A stretch of DNA of 64,000 bases, taken from contig MU062417.1 in assembly GCA_013265495.1 (NCBI GenBank), positions 11,686,271-11,750,270 on the forward strand. Direction: 5' to 3'. The stretch's first letter is position 1. Each line of letters begins with the position of its first letter. A model generated the notes under the pieces. The model was not told the origin of the DNA, ran no database searches, and saw only the letters and a program-made list of their open reading frames with translations. This DNA is from Vicugna vicugna. Its lineage: Eukaryota. Below are positions 12,256 to 23,697 of this stretch, in pieces. Position numbers and translations under genes: made by a program.

Positions 12256-14656
12256 CCCTTTTTTCCTACATCCCAGTTTGATTCCTGTGTCCCAGAACCT
12301 CACACCTTCCACCTGTCGCTGGAGGCCTCCAGGGAACTGAACAATGTTACAGAAGAAGTTTGAAACCTCACAGCTTCTCCCTCTGCACAGGGAACTCAGA
12401 AATCCATTGTTTCAAGGTCATCGAAAGGAAAAAAAAATCCGCCTCTGCCTCAGAGAAATAATAATGTTTGTTACTCACAGTGCTTTTTGTCTCCTTTTAA
12501 AATTTAATTGAAGCCAGTTTTTAGCTTCTGTAACTGCCAAATGGCCAAGAGGTTAGCTGCCCTGCTGTGGGCTTTTCAGCCAATTCATGAGGGTTATTTT
12601 ACTTGACAAGGGTCCTGTTTTAATGGGAAGGGCTGTCACATCCTATTCACATCCTGGTTTTGATCTCAAGGCAGCAGATTTGGTTGAACTCTTCTCCTGC
12701 CCTCCATACTGTCCCTTCCCAGATTTTTCTTTTCTTTTTTTTTTAGCATCCCTACTTTGATATGCAGAGAGAGCTCTTCCCGCTCAAGCTGTTTCCTGCC
12801 TCCTTGGATTCCCCCCAACACCTGAATGCGCTCTTCTGTGGCCAGCAGGGTGGAGGGTGCCAGACCTGACAGCAGCTGCACAGCCAGCTGCTTTGGGATT
12901 GCAGGCAATCGGGGGGAAGACTTGTTCAGTCCTAGATGCCAGCCATCACCATCAAACACCTCCCTTGTTCAACAAGACGATCGATCATGTGCTGTGATGC
13001 TCCACTTAGCAGTAGTTCTATTGCCTTTTCAGCAGCAGCTCCCATCGATAAATGTCTTGAAACCTGTCTCCGGGCAGCCCCTCTCGTGAGTGAGGAGATC
13101 CATCAATTCCATCCTCCTTCTTGCCAGGTGGTACCCAGAGCTGGACAACTTCGTGAATGCTGAGAGATAACGGCAGGGCGGGGGACAACAGACGTTAGAG
13201 GAAGATGCGGACAAAGGAGGATGCACACGGGAGGGAACCCAAGAAAGTAAGAAGGAAAAGGAGGCGTGTGGCTTGCAGAGGCGGGAGGCTGACGCTTAGG
13301 AAGACGGTGTCTTATCCTCCTTCTCAAACAGGATCATTGAGGCCCTTTTCACCCAGGTTTCCTGAGTGAACGTGTTTCCTGGTCTAATCCTGGATCTCAG
13401 GGTACAACAGAAATCTCATCATTGCAGCTGAAGCGGGGAATTAGTCTCTGTTTGGTAGGACCATGTTCCTGGAGTGAACCCAGAGCTCCTTGACATATTT
13501 TTACCTGCAGCTCCACCCAGACCCTCACCAAGTCGTTGCAGTAAACAAGACAGGCCTGGATGTCTGTCTTCAGCTGCTTAATGAGCCTGGAGTCCCGTGT
13601 CGATTTCCAGACTCGTGGTGCTCACGGCCCTGACAATTCCAAAGGATGCTTTTCACATGACTCAGGCTGCTTGAAGTCATCCATGCCCAGAACTGTACAA
13701 CCTTCTGTGACCATCCTGGTTCCACATTCCAACACCTCCATTGTGAGGAGGGCAGGGTGGGGGACGGTAAGCCTCTTTCCCCAGACCTTGGTTAGGCTCC
13801 TCTCTCACAAATCATGGTGTCTGCTTCATCTTACTCAAAAAAGGGCCAGTCATGTTGTGCATATCCAGGATAATGACCTTGACCTGATTCAGGCAAAATC
13901 CTCTAAATATTGCTGCTCCCCGCGCCTCCCATCAGGGAAGAGGATTATGCTAGACTCAGTCAATTCTCCTCCTGGTCTTGCCCCGGTCCCTGAGTCTCTC
14001 CTGTCCAACAGCTGGGCCTGGAGGTTGCAGTGGGACTGAACTTAGCCTGCATCGCGGGTCCTCCCCACCCCACGGCTCCCCCAGCAGGCAGTGTCACAGA
14101 GCCCAAACCTCCTCTGGAGCCACCCCTCTCCTTGAAACTCCTCAGTGACTTCCTAGCTCCCTCAGAGGGAAAAAAAAAATCATCAAAAAGATGAAATCAA
14201 AGAAGATTTAAAAATTGATCAGTTCTAATGAATTATGTGTTAGCTGCTCTAACACATAAAAATGATACACACTTGGTTAATTAAGAAAAATAAGAAAGAA
14301 GATACAAATATAGAAAAATTATAAAATATTTTTAAGATAATGTTTTCATACATACAATATATGCATATATATAAGTGTATATAGTTTCACATATATATGT
14401 ATAATCTCAGTACTCAAATTAGAAATCTTAATAAAATTTAACTACATTTAAGACTCCTTAAATGACTCAAGTAGTGGAAGAAAATTGGAATAGACCAGAA
14501 ATGTGAAAGAAACTTTAGAAGTTTATAAAAAGAATCACCTCTAGGAAAGATGCCAAGGCTTTACTGGAGAATTATTTCAAAAGTTCAAGGAACAGATAAT
14601 CCTTACCAATATCTGTTATCCTTTAATGGTGCCTAATGATTCAAAAGAAGTGAAAG

Positions 14657-14843
14657 TATATGCAAAAATAGATTTTAAAAAAGTTTCTTCTGCACAGCAC
14701 AGGGAACTATGTTCAATATCTTGTAATAATCTTTAATGAAAAAAATATGAAAAGGAATATATGTATGTATATGCATGACTGGGACATTGTGCTGTACACC
14801 AGAAATGGACACATTGTAACTGACTGTACTTCAATTAAAAAAA
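14657..14843 (+). mobile_element. 5'-truncated young L1 3' end
   Basis: cacagcacagggaactatgttcaatatcttg..tgactgtacttcaatt plus polyA. 14-bp TSD AAAAGAAGTGAAAG at 14643-14656 and 14844-14857. Confidence 0.9.
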
Positions 14844-15120
14844 AAAAGAAGTGAAAGGCATTTAATTTGATTTTGGTAAATTCGTATGACTCTGCTATTA
14901 AAATCTGATTAAATTGCTTTAAAAATAAAACATTTAGATCAATGTCACTTATGAATATAGATGCCAAACTACTAAAAAATTATAGGTATTCAAATTCTAC
15001 AATATATTAGAGTATATTCATTTATCAGGACATTAGACAAATAATATACTTTGTCAAGTAACGTTTAATCTAAGAACATGAAGTTAATTAAATATTAGAA
15101 TACCTATGAACATAATTTAT

Positions 15121-15841
15121 TTTTATTCTTTAATTGAAGTACAGTTGATTTACAATGTTAGTTTCTGGTGTACAGCACAGTGATTCAGTTATACATTCTT
15201 TTTCATATTCTTTTCCATTATAGTTTATTACAAGGTATTGAATATAGTTCCCTGTGCTATATAGTAGGTCCTTGTTGTTTATCTATTTTAGTAGTGTATA
15301 TCTGTTAATCCCAAACTCCTAATTTATCCCCACCCTCCTTCTCCTTTAGTAACCATAAATTTGTTTTCTATGTCTGTGAGTCTGTTTCTGTTTATAAATA
15401 AGTTCATTTGTATCATTTTTTTAGATTCCATGTATAAGTGATATCATGTAATATTTGTCTTTCTTTGTCTGCCTTACTTCTTAGTATGATGGTCTCTAGG
15501 TCCATCCATGATGCTACAAATGGTACTATTTCATTCTTTTTTATGGCTGAATAATATTCCACTGTATATTTAGGTTGCTTCCATATCTGGCTATTATAAA
15601 TAGTGCTGCTATGAACATTGGGGTCCATGTATATTTTAAAATTAGAATTTCTGTCTTTTCTGGTTGTATGCCCAGGACTGGGATTGTTGGATCACAGGGT
15701 AACTCTATTTTTAGCTTTTTAAGGAACCTCCATACTGTTGCCCATGGTGGTTGCACCAATTTACATTACCACCAATAATGTAGGAGGGTGCCTCTTTCTC
15801 CACACTATCTCCAGCATTTCTTATTTGTAGACTTTTTGATA
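15121..15841 (-). mobile_element. 5'-truncated L1 (L1MA9-like 3' end)
   Basis: Reverse L1 3'UTR and ORF2 end. Perfect 15-bp TSD ATGAACATAATTTAT at 15106-15120 and 15842-15856. Confidence 0.92.
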
Positions 15842-16407
15842 ATGAACATAATTTATAATATTAGAAGACAAAGGAAAAATAGGCATTTGGTAGAGTTCAA
15901 ATTTTATTCCAAAAACTTGTATGAATTAGTAAAATATGAGTAGAAGACTATATCCTTAATATGATTTAAAAATAACTGCAAAACCATTAGCAAGCATCCT
16001 ACCTCATGGTAAGAATGTTGGAGATATTGTTCCTAATGCCATTGGTGTTAATGAGCTAATACTAATAATATTAATGAATATAATATGAATTATATTAATG
16101 ACAGTAATATTAATGAAGTAATGAGGGAACCAGTGAGATATTAAGACTGGTTCAAAGAATATTTAAGGAGCTAAATGTTTATAGTTAATTTAACAACAGC
16201 AACAAATGCTAGAACACATTTTCTGGGCTAGATGCAGAATTGGTTAATATCCTATGGCACAAGATCATCATTGATGTTACCTTTCCTATGGGACAGAAAT
16301 TATTTGGATCTCTATTGGGCAAAAATCTGTAAGTTAACTTATGGCTTCACTACAACTGGGAACTTCAATCAGGAGTAAACATTGAGATCAGTGAAGTAAT
16401 TTCCCTG

Positions 16408-16895
16408 GCTCTGTGCTGTCCAGATGGTGACCACCAGCCACACACAGCTTTTGAACACTTGAAATCTAGCTAGCCTAACTTGGCAAGTGCTGTGAGTATA
16501 AAATACACACCAGATTTCAAAGACTTAGTACCATTAAATCATATGAACTACTCATTAATAATTTCATTATTGATTTCATATTACATTGATAATATTTGGA
16601 AATATTGGGATATATAAATTAAATTGGAACAATTAATTTTACCTGTTTATTTTCCTGCTTTTAATAGGGCTATTGGGGGAGGGTATAGCTCAAGTGGTAG
16701 GGTGCATGCTTGGCATGCGTGAGGTCCTGGGTTCACTCCCTAGTACGTCCTCTAAAAACAAATAATAAATGTAATTACCCTCCTCCCAAAAAACCCAAAA
16801 AACAAAACAAACACACAAAAAAGTATGGCTATTAGAACCCTGAAAAGTATGTCATTTGCACTTGTGATTCACATTATATTTTTCCTGGTTCTAGA
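16408..16895 (+). mobile_element. MER33-like hAT element, interrupted by a SINE
   Basis: tgtgctgtccagatgg..aacacttgaaat..aaaatacacaccagatttcaaagacttagtac; the element continues after the SINE. Confidence 0.75.
16675..16822 (+). mobile_element. Camelid Vic-1-type SINE
   Basis: gggggagggtatagctcaagtggtagggtgcatgc..gaggtcctgggttcactccc plus A-rich tail; flanked by a GGCTATT duplication. Confidence 0.9.
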
Positions 16896-17249
16896 TAATC
16901 ATTGCTAAAAAGACATGGCACCCCTATGTACATCTCACTTCCAAGTTTGAATAATTTTTATTATCAGAAATATGAGAAAAAATTTTCTTTTCATTTTAGG
17001 GGGTAATTTGACAAAATTTTAAAAATAGATAAGCATTATTTTTATAATCTGTAAAAAGATTATTTTGTCCTTCCCTTTGAATATAAAACACCTAAGTCAG
17101 GTGAGGGAATAGACAGCACACAGAGCAGGAATTCGAATGGGATGCTAACAGCACGTTCAGCTATGTTAGCTACAAAGTCCTCCTGTGAGTTATTCTCACT
17201 AATGATTTGAAGCAGCCAAGCGTCTCTTAAAGTCCATTTCAGAGAAGAT

Positions 17250-17560
17250 GAGAGCAGCCCCAGGCGTGAGCTGTGACAGTCTCATCTGGGTGAGACGGAG
17301 CTTCACCATTTCTCTGAGTTACACACTCTCTCCCGGAGCTATAGGCCGACAGCCAGGCTCATCATGTGGGGAAATCAGGTGGCGATGTGAGCCTGAGTGG
17401 CAGAGTTTTGATGGTGGAGGAGGTGGGGAGATCAAGGAAGTACCACATCCGGTCCCTTGTAGGGCTGGACCAGATGGGAGCTGCCTGAGAGTCAGAGATG
17501 GCCACGCCCCCAAGAGAGAGAGCAAGGGGTCCCCAGGGATCCCTAGACCCTAGCTTGTTA
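17250..17560 (+). mobile_element. Possible ancient LTR relic (MamGypLTR-like)
   Basis: gatggccacgcccccaagagagagagcaaggggtccccagggatccctagacc resembles remembered MamGyp LTR text; the match is weak. Confidence 0.3.
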
Positions 17561-18438
17561 ATATTTTTACCCTGCTTGAAATCCTCTGCGTTACTGACCT
17601 CACAGGTGCTAACCCACTTCAGTGGGAGATCCTTCAAGAGCTGGTTTTCCTTCTCTTGTTATTTCACAGAATGCTACCTTTGGGTGAAATTTAGGGACAA
17701 AAACGCCAAGGCACTGGGATTTGCATTCAAGTCTTCTACTACTGTGTTCCCCATGGTCAATCATACAAACCCCTCAACACATGAGGATAATCATTATACA
17801 TTTAGAAACGAAGGTGACTCACACTCAAATTGAAATGTTGTAGGTTTTCCAAGCTATAAGCATTTTTCTCCAAAGTATATAAAATTAAAAAACATAGTAG
17901 TAGTAACCCCAGCCTCTTGGCTTTTGGAGATGGGGAGTGTAATTTATTTTAAAAAATAGTATTTATATTAATTATAAGTCATATAACTTAAGTGGTTATT
18001 TGCTTTAAAATAATAAATTATCCCACCCTCCTTATTAAAGAGGAGAGTGACATTTCTTCAGCTAAACAGAATGGCAAAGGGGGTGCATTCGTGTTGTCTC
18101 CTCTTTGAGTTTTCAACTTCAATCAATTGGCCACACCTTCAAGTTCACATGGCTAACTGTAGACCAGCCGAAGTTAAGACTGCTTCACTGAGGTTGATTC
18201 AATAAACGAGCTAAAAGGAAAGTGTCTTTCAATATATGCCTCTGTTTTTGGGGCAGAACAAAGCAGATAGAGCAACTGTTTCTGAAATGTGTAAGCTCTG
18301 TTTCCTGTAGACTGGTGGAACCCGCTTTTCTTACCCCTGTTTCTAGCCCTCCACTGGAATAATTCCCTTTGTCTGGTATAGCCTTTCATTCCACTCCCCA
18401 TCCTCTGGTCTAACCCCGGTCTTCCAAGATCCTAAGTC

Positions 18439-19336
18439 CAGTGGTTCTCAAAGTCTGGTCTCTAAGTACTCAATCTCCTCTCAAGGTCATCTGCGAGGTC
18501 AAAACTATTTTTATAATATGGCTAAGATCTTATCTGCCTTTTTCACTTCGTTAAAATTGGTGTAAAAGCAATGATGGTAAAACTGTCACTGCCTGATGCC
18601 AATCAAGGCAGTGGTCCCCAGCTGGACCGAATCTCACTGCATTTCTCAGCATCATGCATTCAGTTTCACTTGCAATGCCTTGGATGAAACAGTAACAATG
18701 ATTCATTTTGACCCTTAAGTATATTTCTCTTTATTATAAGAAGTACCCAAAAAAGCACTTGTGCATACAGTGGCTGTCTCGAGGAAAAACACTGTGCAAT
18801 GAATTTTTGTACTGGTACATGAAAATCCATTAGTCTATGTAGGCGAAAATCCATTAGTCTGTATTCATACTGGCACATTAAAATCCATTAGTCTACTTTG
18901 AGTGAACTTTCCCCACATGTTCCAGTTTTTGCAACAGCATGCATGGGTCCTTTGGAAAATATCTACTCAGTCACTGAGTTATCCAAGTCTTTCCAATGCT
19001 GACTTACTAAATTTGAGATGCCACACATTTAGGAAACTACCCCTTATCGAATTTTTGTGGAATAACACAAGAGAATAGCCACAGTTATCTGCAAAGAGTA
19101 TTAAAATACCTCAACATTTTCAAGTACATGATTGTGTGAGGCCAAATTTTCTTCACATACTTCAACCCGAATATCCCAACACCAGAGACTGAAAACGGAA
19201 GCAGATATGAGAATCCAGCCTTCTTCTATTGTTAGACATTAAACAGATAAAACACACAAATGAGGGTTTCTGGGTCCTCCATAATTTTTTAAGAATGTAA
19301 AGGGGTTCTGAGACCAAAAAAGTTTGGAAAATTATG
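18439..19336 (+). mobile_element. Charlie1-like hAT DNA transposon deletion derivative
   Basis: Start cagtggttctcaaag..gcgaggtcaaaactattt. Internal gaagcagatatgagaatccagc. End gtaaaggggttctgagaccaaaaaagtttg. No transposase ORF. Confidence 0.75.
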
Positions 19337-19419
19337 ATCTGGTCAATTCTGTTTCATCTGGGAAGCTTCTGTTCACCTCCAGGACACGCTGATCACTCTT
19401 CTTACAATATCTTCTAGCA

Positions 19420-19570
19420 CGATGCTTCTTGAACTTCAATGTGCATGTGTACCACCCAAGGGAAAGTGATAAGTAAAATGCAGATTCTGAGGCAGGGCTT
19501 CTGGAGTGGAGGCTGGTTTACCAGGCTCCCAGTATCGACCAGTGCTGCCAGTCTGTGGACTGCACTCCCC
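19420..19570 (+). mobile_element. MER5A-like fragment
   Basis: cttcttgaacttcaatgtgcat..aaaatgcagattctgagg..gctgccagtctgtggactgcact. Confidence 0.5.
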
Positions 19571-19659
19571 CATCCCCTTTAAGGAGTCTGCTCATATTAC
19601 GTGTACTGCCCACAAGATCATTTGCTGCCTGTGATGTCTGAGATGTCTTCTCACTTCTA

Positions 19660-19858
19660 TTATTATTGCTCGTGTGTATGCTATCAGCTTGGTGCTGGAC
19701 AACGCAAGGAACTTCAGCTGCATTATCTCACTTAATGCCTTTCCATAGATTCCATGACAGTACCTCGTCTATAGTTGAAGAGCCTGAGGATGAGTAGTTG
19801 CCAAGGGCACAACTAGAAAGAGCCAGAATTTGATGCCGTGTCCATTTGATTCCATGGC
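19660..19858 (-). mobile_element. MIR fragment
   Basis: cattatctcacttaat..gaagagcctgaggatg..ttgccaagggcacaactag..gagccagaatttga. Confidence 0.55.
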
Positions 19859-19950
19859 CAATGGTACTAATCGTTCCATTATATTGGTGTATATATCATT
19901 TCACTTCTCATTAACATAATTTACTTTCACTGGTATATGTTTTGCTTACC

Positions 19951-20050
19951 TGTTTATTTATTTATTTGTTTTAACAGAGGGACTGGGGATTGAACCCAGG
20001 ACCTCGGGCCCACCAAGCATGCACTCTACCGCTGAGCTATACTCTCACCT
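19951..20050 (-). mobile_element. Camelid Vic-1-type SINE
   Basis: ggactggggattgaacccaggacctc..gcactctaccgctgagctata with a (TTTA)n tail. Confidence 0.88.
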
Positions 20051-20084
20051 TCCTTATTACCTTCACACCCCCACCCTTGATTTT

Positions 20085-20195
20085 CCGTTTAGATTATAGA
20101 CTCCTTGGGACCAAAATCCAGGTTTTATGTCATTCCTCTGTGCCCACTTCTCTTTTCCGAGATCTACAGTGGCCCAATAGATTTGTTGTGTACTA
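20085..20195 (+). mobile_element. L2 3' end fragment
   Basis: ttagattatagactccttggg..ccaatagatttgttg. Confidence 0.45.
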
Positions 20196-21135
20196 GTTTG
20201 CTAGGATTTCAGATCCACTTGTTTTGATCCAAGAACGAAGCTGTTTTGTCCTAAGAGTGAAGCTGTATACGTGCAGGAGGCTGTGTCAGGATGGTGTCAT
20301 TGACATAGGGAGTTGTCAATAACACTCAGTTGCGCAGCTATTGACAAGCACTGTTGCGGTGGGTGGGTGGGGCTTATCAATAAAAACATGTGAAGGAGTA
20401 ACTGCGGTTGGGGGACCTTTAAGCTTTAAACACCAAGCGATTGGACTAGCAGCTCAAGAGCGTTCCTTCTGGACAAGGCTACTTTTACAGATCTAAATAG
20501 CTCTCCGTAGACCTTGGGGCACTAGCCCCTGCCTCGCCAAAGCGACTCTGTGTGGACAGTAGTGAAAATCGTTCGGCGCCCAAGAAGAAGGTTACCTTGC
20601 TGGCCAACACCATGCCTTCTTTCCTGGGCAACGTGCTCAGGCAACAAGGGACTGTCACTTTTGCTCTGGCAGGTGGATGCCAGCTCTTGGTTGGCTACAC
20701 TGACTCTCCCAGGAACCAACTCAGAAAGATTCCCCTCAGTTAAATTTAGAATTTATTCCCTTCATCTACCCCCTAGCCTGGAACAATAGCGTGATTAATC
20801 TCTTACTGGCTTGGACTAGGGTATTTCTTTATTGGCTTATTAAGAGACATTATCCTGTATGCTCCTGGCTTGTGAAATTACTAGAATTCCCACAGTGAAC
20901 CAGTGGTAAATGAATTAGTGGCAAAGACAGCCTCGGTCCCCAGGCGTAATCTGTTCTCAACCAAAACAAAACATATATTTGCTGAGTAAATGTAGCAACA
21001 TAAACGTTCATGGAAGATAATAAATGTGACCCTGAAAGTTCCAAGTGGTTGCTTCTCATATCTTCAGTAGGACATACACTCAGGTATTTTAATATTCAGT
21101 AGTGAGACTGGATTTATTTTGTTCGAGCTTTTTTA

Positions 21136-21612
21136 GGTCAAAGGATGCTCTGACTCTTATTAAAATAGAAAGTCAAACTCAAGTCTACTGCAGTAGGTAC
21201 AGGGACCAATACAATGGATTTTGCAGTAAGGGAGGAAAATTGGGCTTGACTCAACATAACAAAGAAAAGTGGGAATTTAAAGCTAGGGAGCAGAATTGGG
21301 CCGTGGGGTTGTGGCGGGGAGGCAGGCGGTCTGCAGATGGAAAATTACTAAGAGAGTTGGGTAATTCTCTTCGAAATTGACCCAACAGGATTCCTGCTGA
21401 AGGCAGGCCAGAGAGATCAGACATCACCTGGGAGATGGGGGAGGATGGAGAATTCGATCAGATATCAAGGGAGATCAAACTGAGGGTGGAGGATCCTGGA
21501 GAAACCAACTTGACAGGAATCTTGCTAAAAGTGGGTTCTTGGTGACACACGTCGTTGAAAAATTACTCAGAGGAGCCCAACTACAGTTTGATCAAAGAGA
21601 AACCCTTTGTCA
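21136..21612 (-). mobile_element. MER31-like ERV1 LTR
   Basis: caggattcctgctgaaggcaggccag..gatcagacatcacctggg..gatcagatatcaaggg; ends ccctttgtca (TGACAAAG on the minus strand). Confidence 0.7.
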
Positions 21613-22294
21613 TCACGTTTATTAAAGGAACAGAATATGAGTGGAGAATCAGTGGGAACCTTGTTGCCTTTCTTGGTTTTAGTCGGGTTTCTAATGATTG
21701 TGTGTGGTTGCATTTGCAAGCCTGTGTATGGGGGTTAGAGTTTGAAGCCAACGTCAGACTTTATAGATATTTACTCCTTTACCCTGATCAGCATTTGGCC
21801 AATAGCTTCTCTTTTCCATGCTAATTGCTGTCCTTAGCCATAAAGGGAAGGGATTCGCTGACATGACTTCTAAAGTCCTCACTAGCCTGAAACTCTATGT
21901 GTTGAAATTTTGCTATTGTACTTTGCTATGACAGCAGTGGGAGCATCAAGAAATGTGGTGAGGAAGGGGCTTGGTCCACCCCCTCCCCACGCTACAAGTC
22001 TTCCATCCTTGAGGTGCACAACTGACATTTTTTCGATCATTTGTAAACTTATGTACAAACTTAACTCCTAGGCAAGTTCCTAGGCCCCATTTCCAACTAA
22101 ATTGCCACCCTTAAGACTCTTTAAGAACACATTCTCCCCACGGGGCTGTGTCTGGGACCTTGATACAAAATCAGGGTCGCTCTGGGAGCATCCCTAGATG
22201 TGCCGAATTTAACAAAATTACAATGTATCTGTATTGCTATTTGGGCTAAAATTTCTGTACTTTTCCTCATAGCTCATTCAGAAATTGGATACCA

Positions 22295-22462
22295 GTTAGC
22301 AAACATTTTCCATGTGCCAAAGAGTTTGCATATATTATCTCTCATCCTCATAACATGCATGCAAGATGTAATTATCCCCAAGTTATTAATGATAGAATTT
22401 GGATTCAGAAAGGATGGATAGTTAGGAACGGAACGGGATTTGACTCCAGATCTGCTCAATTT
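22295..22462 (-). mobile_element. MIR fragment
   Basis: catgtgccaaag..atattatctctcatcctcataac..gggatttgactccagatctg. Confidence 0.5.
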
Positions 22463-23137
22463 CCAGTCGTGTGTTTTTCCAAATACATCATGCTATGGCA
22501 GTGTTCTGGCTTTTTTTTCTGGCTACAGTTAACATCGAAGACTCCAAAGCAATTCATCTCCAGTGTAAAACAGAGCAATCAGCAAAACCTCTTTCCTGGG
22601 ACTGGAGCTTATTTCCTCTGCTTACTGACTGTTCAGACTCAAGCCTCCCCACCCGTTTCTGCTTCATATAAAGGGACTTAATCTCCTTCTGGCCAGGATG
22701 CTCAAGTTCTCCCAGCAAGAGCTGGAATCCTGGCCTTAACCATCATTGGCCTAAAGTTTTTCTCTTCCTTGTCATCTTTAATCATAAAGGGAAGGAACCA
22801 GCTGGAATGCTTGCTAATGTCCCAACTAGCATGAAGCTCTATGTGTCAAAATTTTGCTTTTATACTTGGTTTGTTATGACAGCAGTGAGGGCATCAAGAA
22901 ATAAGATGAGGAGGGGGCTTGGCGCAGCCTTCTCCTTGTTCTATAAATCTTCCATTCCTTCCATTCCTTAACTCGCTTTGTGTGACGATCATTAACTAGC
23001 AGTGTCAGGAATTTTTTAAAGAGACTTCTGTTTATTCGTGTGTCATCCCCCAGTCCTCACATGAAAAGATTCCTGTCTCTTCCATGCAATTCCAGATGTT
23101 TGAACAGGAATAAACCCTCCAGATTATCTCTTCTGCT

Positions 23138-23606
23138 TGTGAAATAAAATTCATATTTTATGGCAAGACAAGAGAAATTTAAACATAGAAAATTCTCCTC
23201 TGCTCTTTGGCCTCTTCTATCCCTGCCCTGTGCATTATGTATCTAAATCTGCGTCACGTATGGACCAAACCTCCCCCGTGAGCAGGAAACACCAGCTCAA
23301 CCATAAAGAGCAACGTTCTCCAAGCATCAACAAGATAATTCCTCAAAAGATAACCTCCTTTCTTGAACTTGTAAGGGGTCAACATGACCCACTAGGGTGA
23401 CGCTTAGATCTGGATTCTGTAAACTGTCAACGATGCGTCATTTGATGTACAGCCCTCTGTCTCAAAACACTTGTCTTGACTTCTAGCCCATGGCACAGTT
23501 CTCAGAGCTTTCTGGGATGCTCTTCCTGGGTTATAATCCTTAAATCTGGCTGGAATAAAATGTTCCATTTCTTTTTTTAGATCAGCTGATTAATTTTTCA
23601 TGGACG
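23138..23606 (+). mobile_element. ERV1-type solo LTR
   Basis: LTR-like U5 with AATAAA (ggctggaataaaatgttccatt..gattaatttttcatggacg). Candidate degenerate TSD TGCT (23134-23137) / TACT (23607-23610). Confidence 0.68.
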
Positions 23607-23662
23607 TACTCCAGGGATGATTAAGCCAAGGCTGGGGGAGCTGGAATGCCTCCCTTTACAAC

Positions 23663-23697
23663 CTGCGCCCCCTAGCGGAGGAGGACTGGGATGCAGC
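23663..23697 (-). promoter_or_regulatory. Candidate CTCF binding site
   Basis: The minus strand reads CCGCTAGGGGGCGC (23678-23665), a near-consensus core. A TGCAT block starts 17 nt upstream of it. Confidence 0.62.

Larger units (their letters stand above)
14270..16040 (+). mobile_element. Old L1 ORF2 relic interrupted by two younger L1 insertions
   Basis: Decayed ORF2-like blocks (aatgactcaag..aattggaatagacc; cacttatgaatatagatgccaaa; gcaagcatcctacctcatggt) are collinear across the insertions. Confidence 0.7.

Noticed and set aside
12746-13226. Strong poly-T acceptor at 12746 and an RNase-H-like FIDGS motif on the minus strand
   Set aside because: Stops occur in all frames and no other pol motifs are present; it is probably chance.
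20552-20743. 63-aa ORF with an NLS-like PKKKV
   Set aside because: GTG start, no recognisable homology and no splice support.
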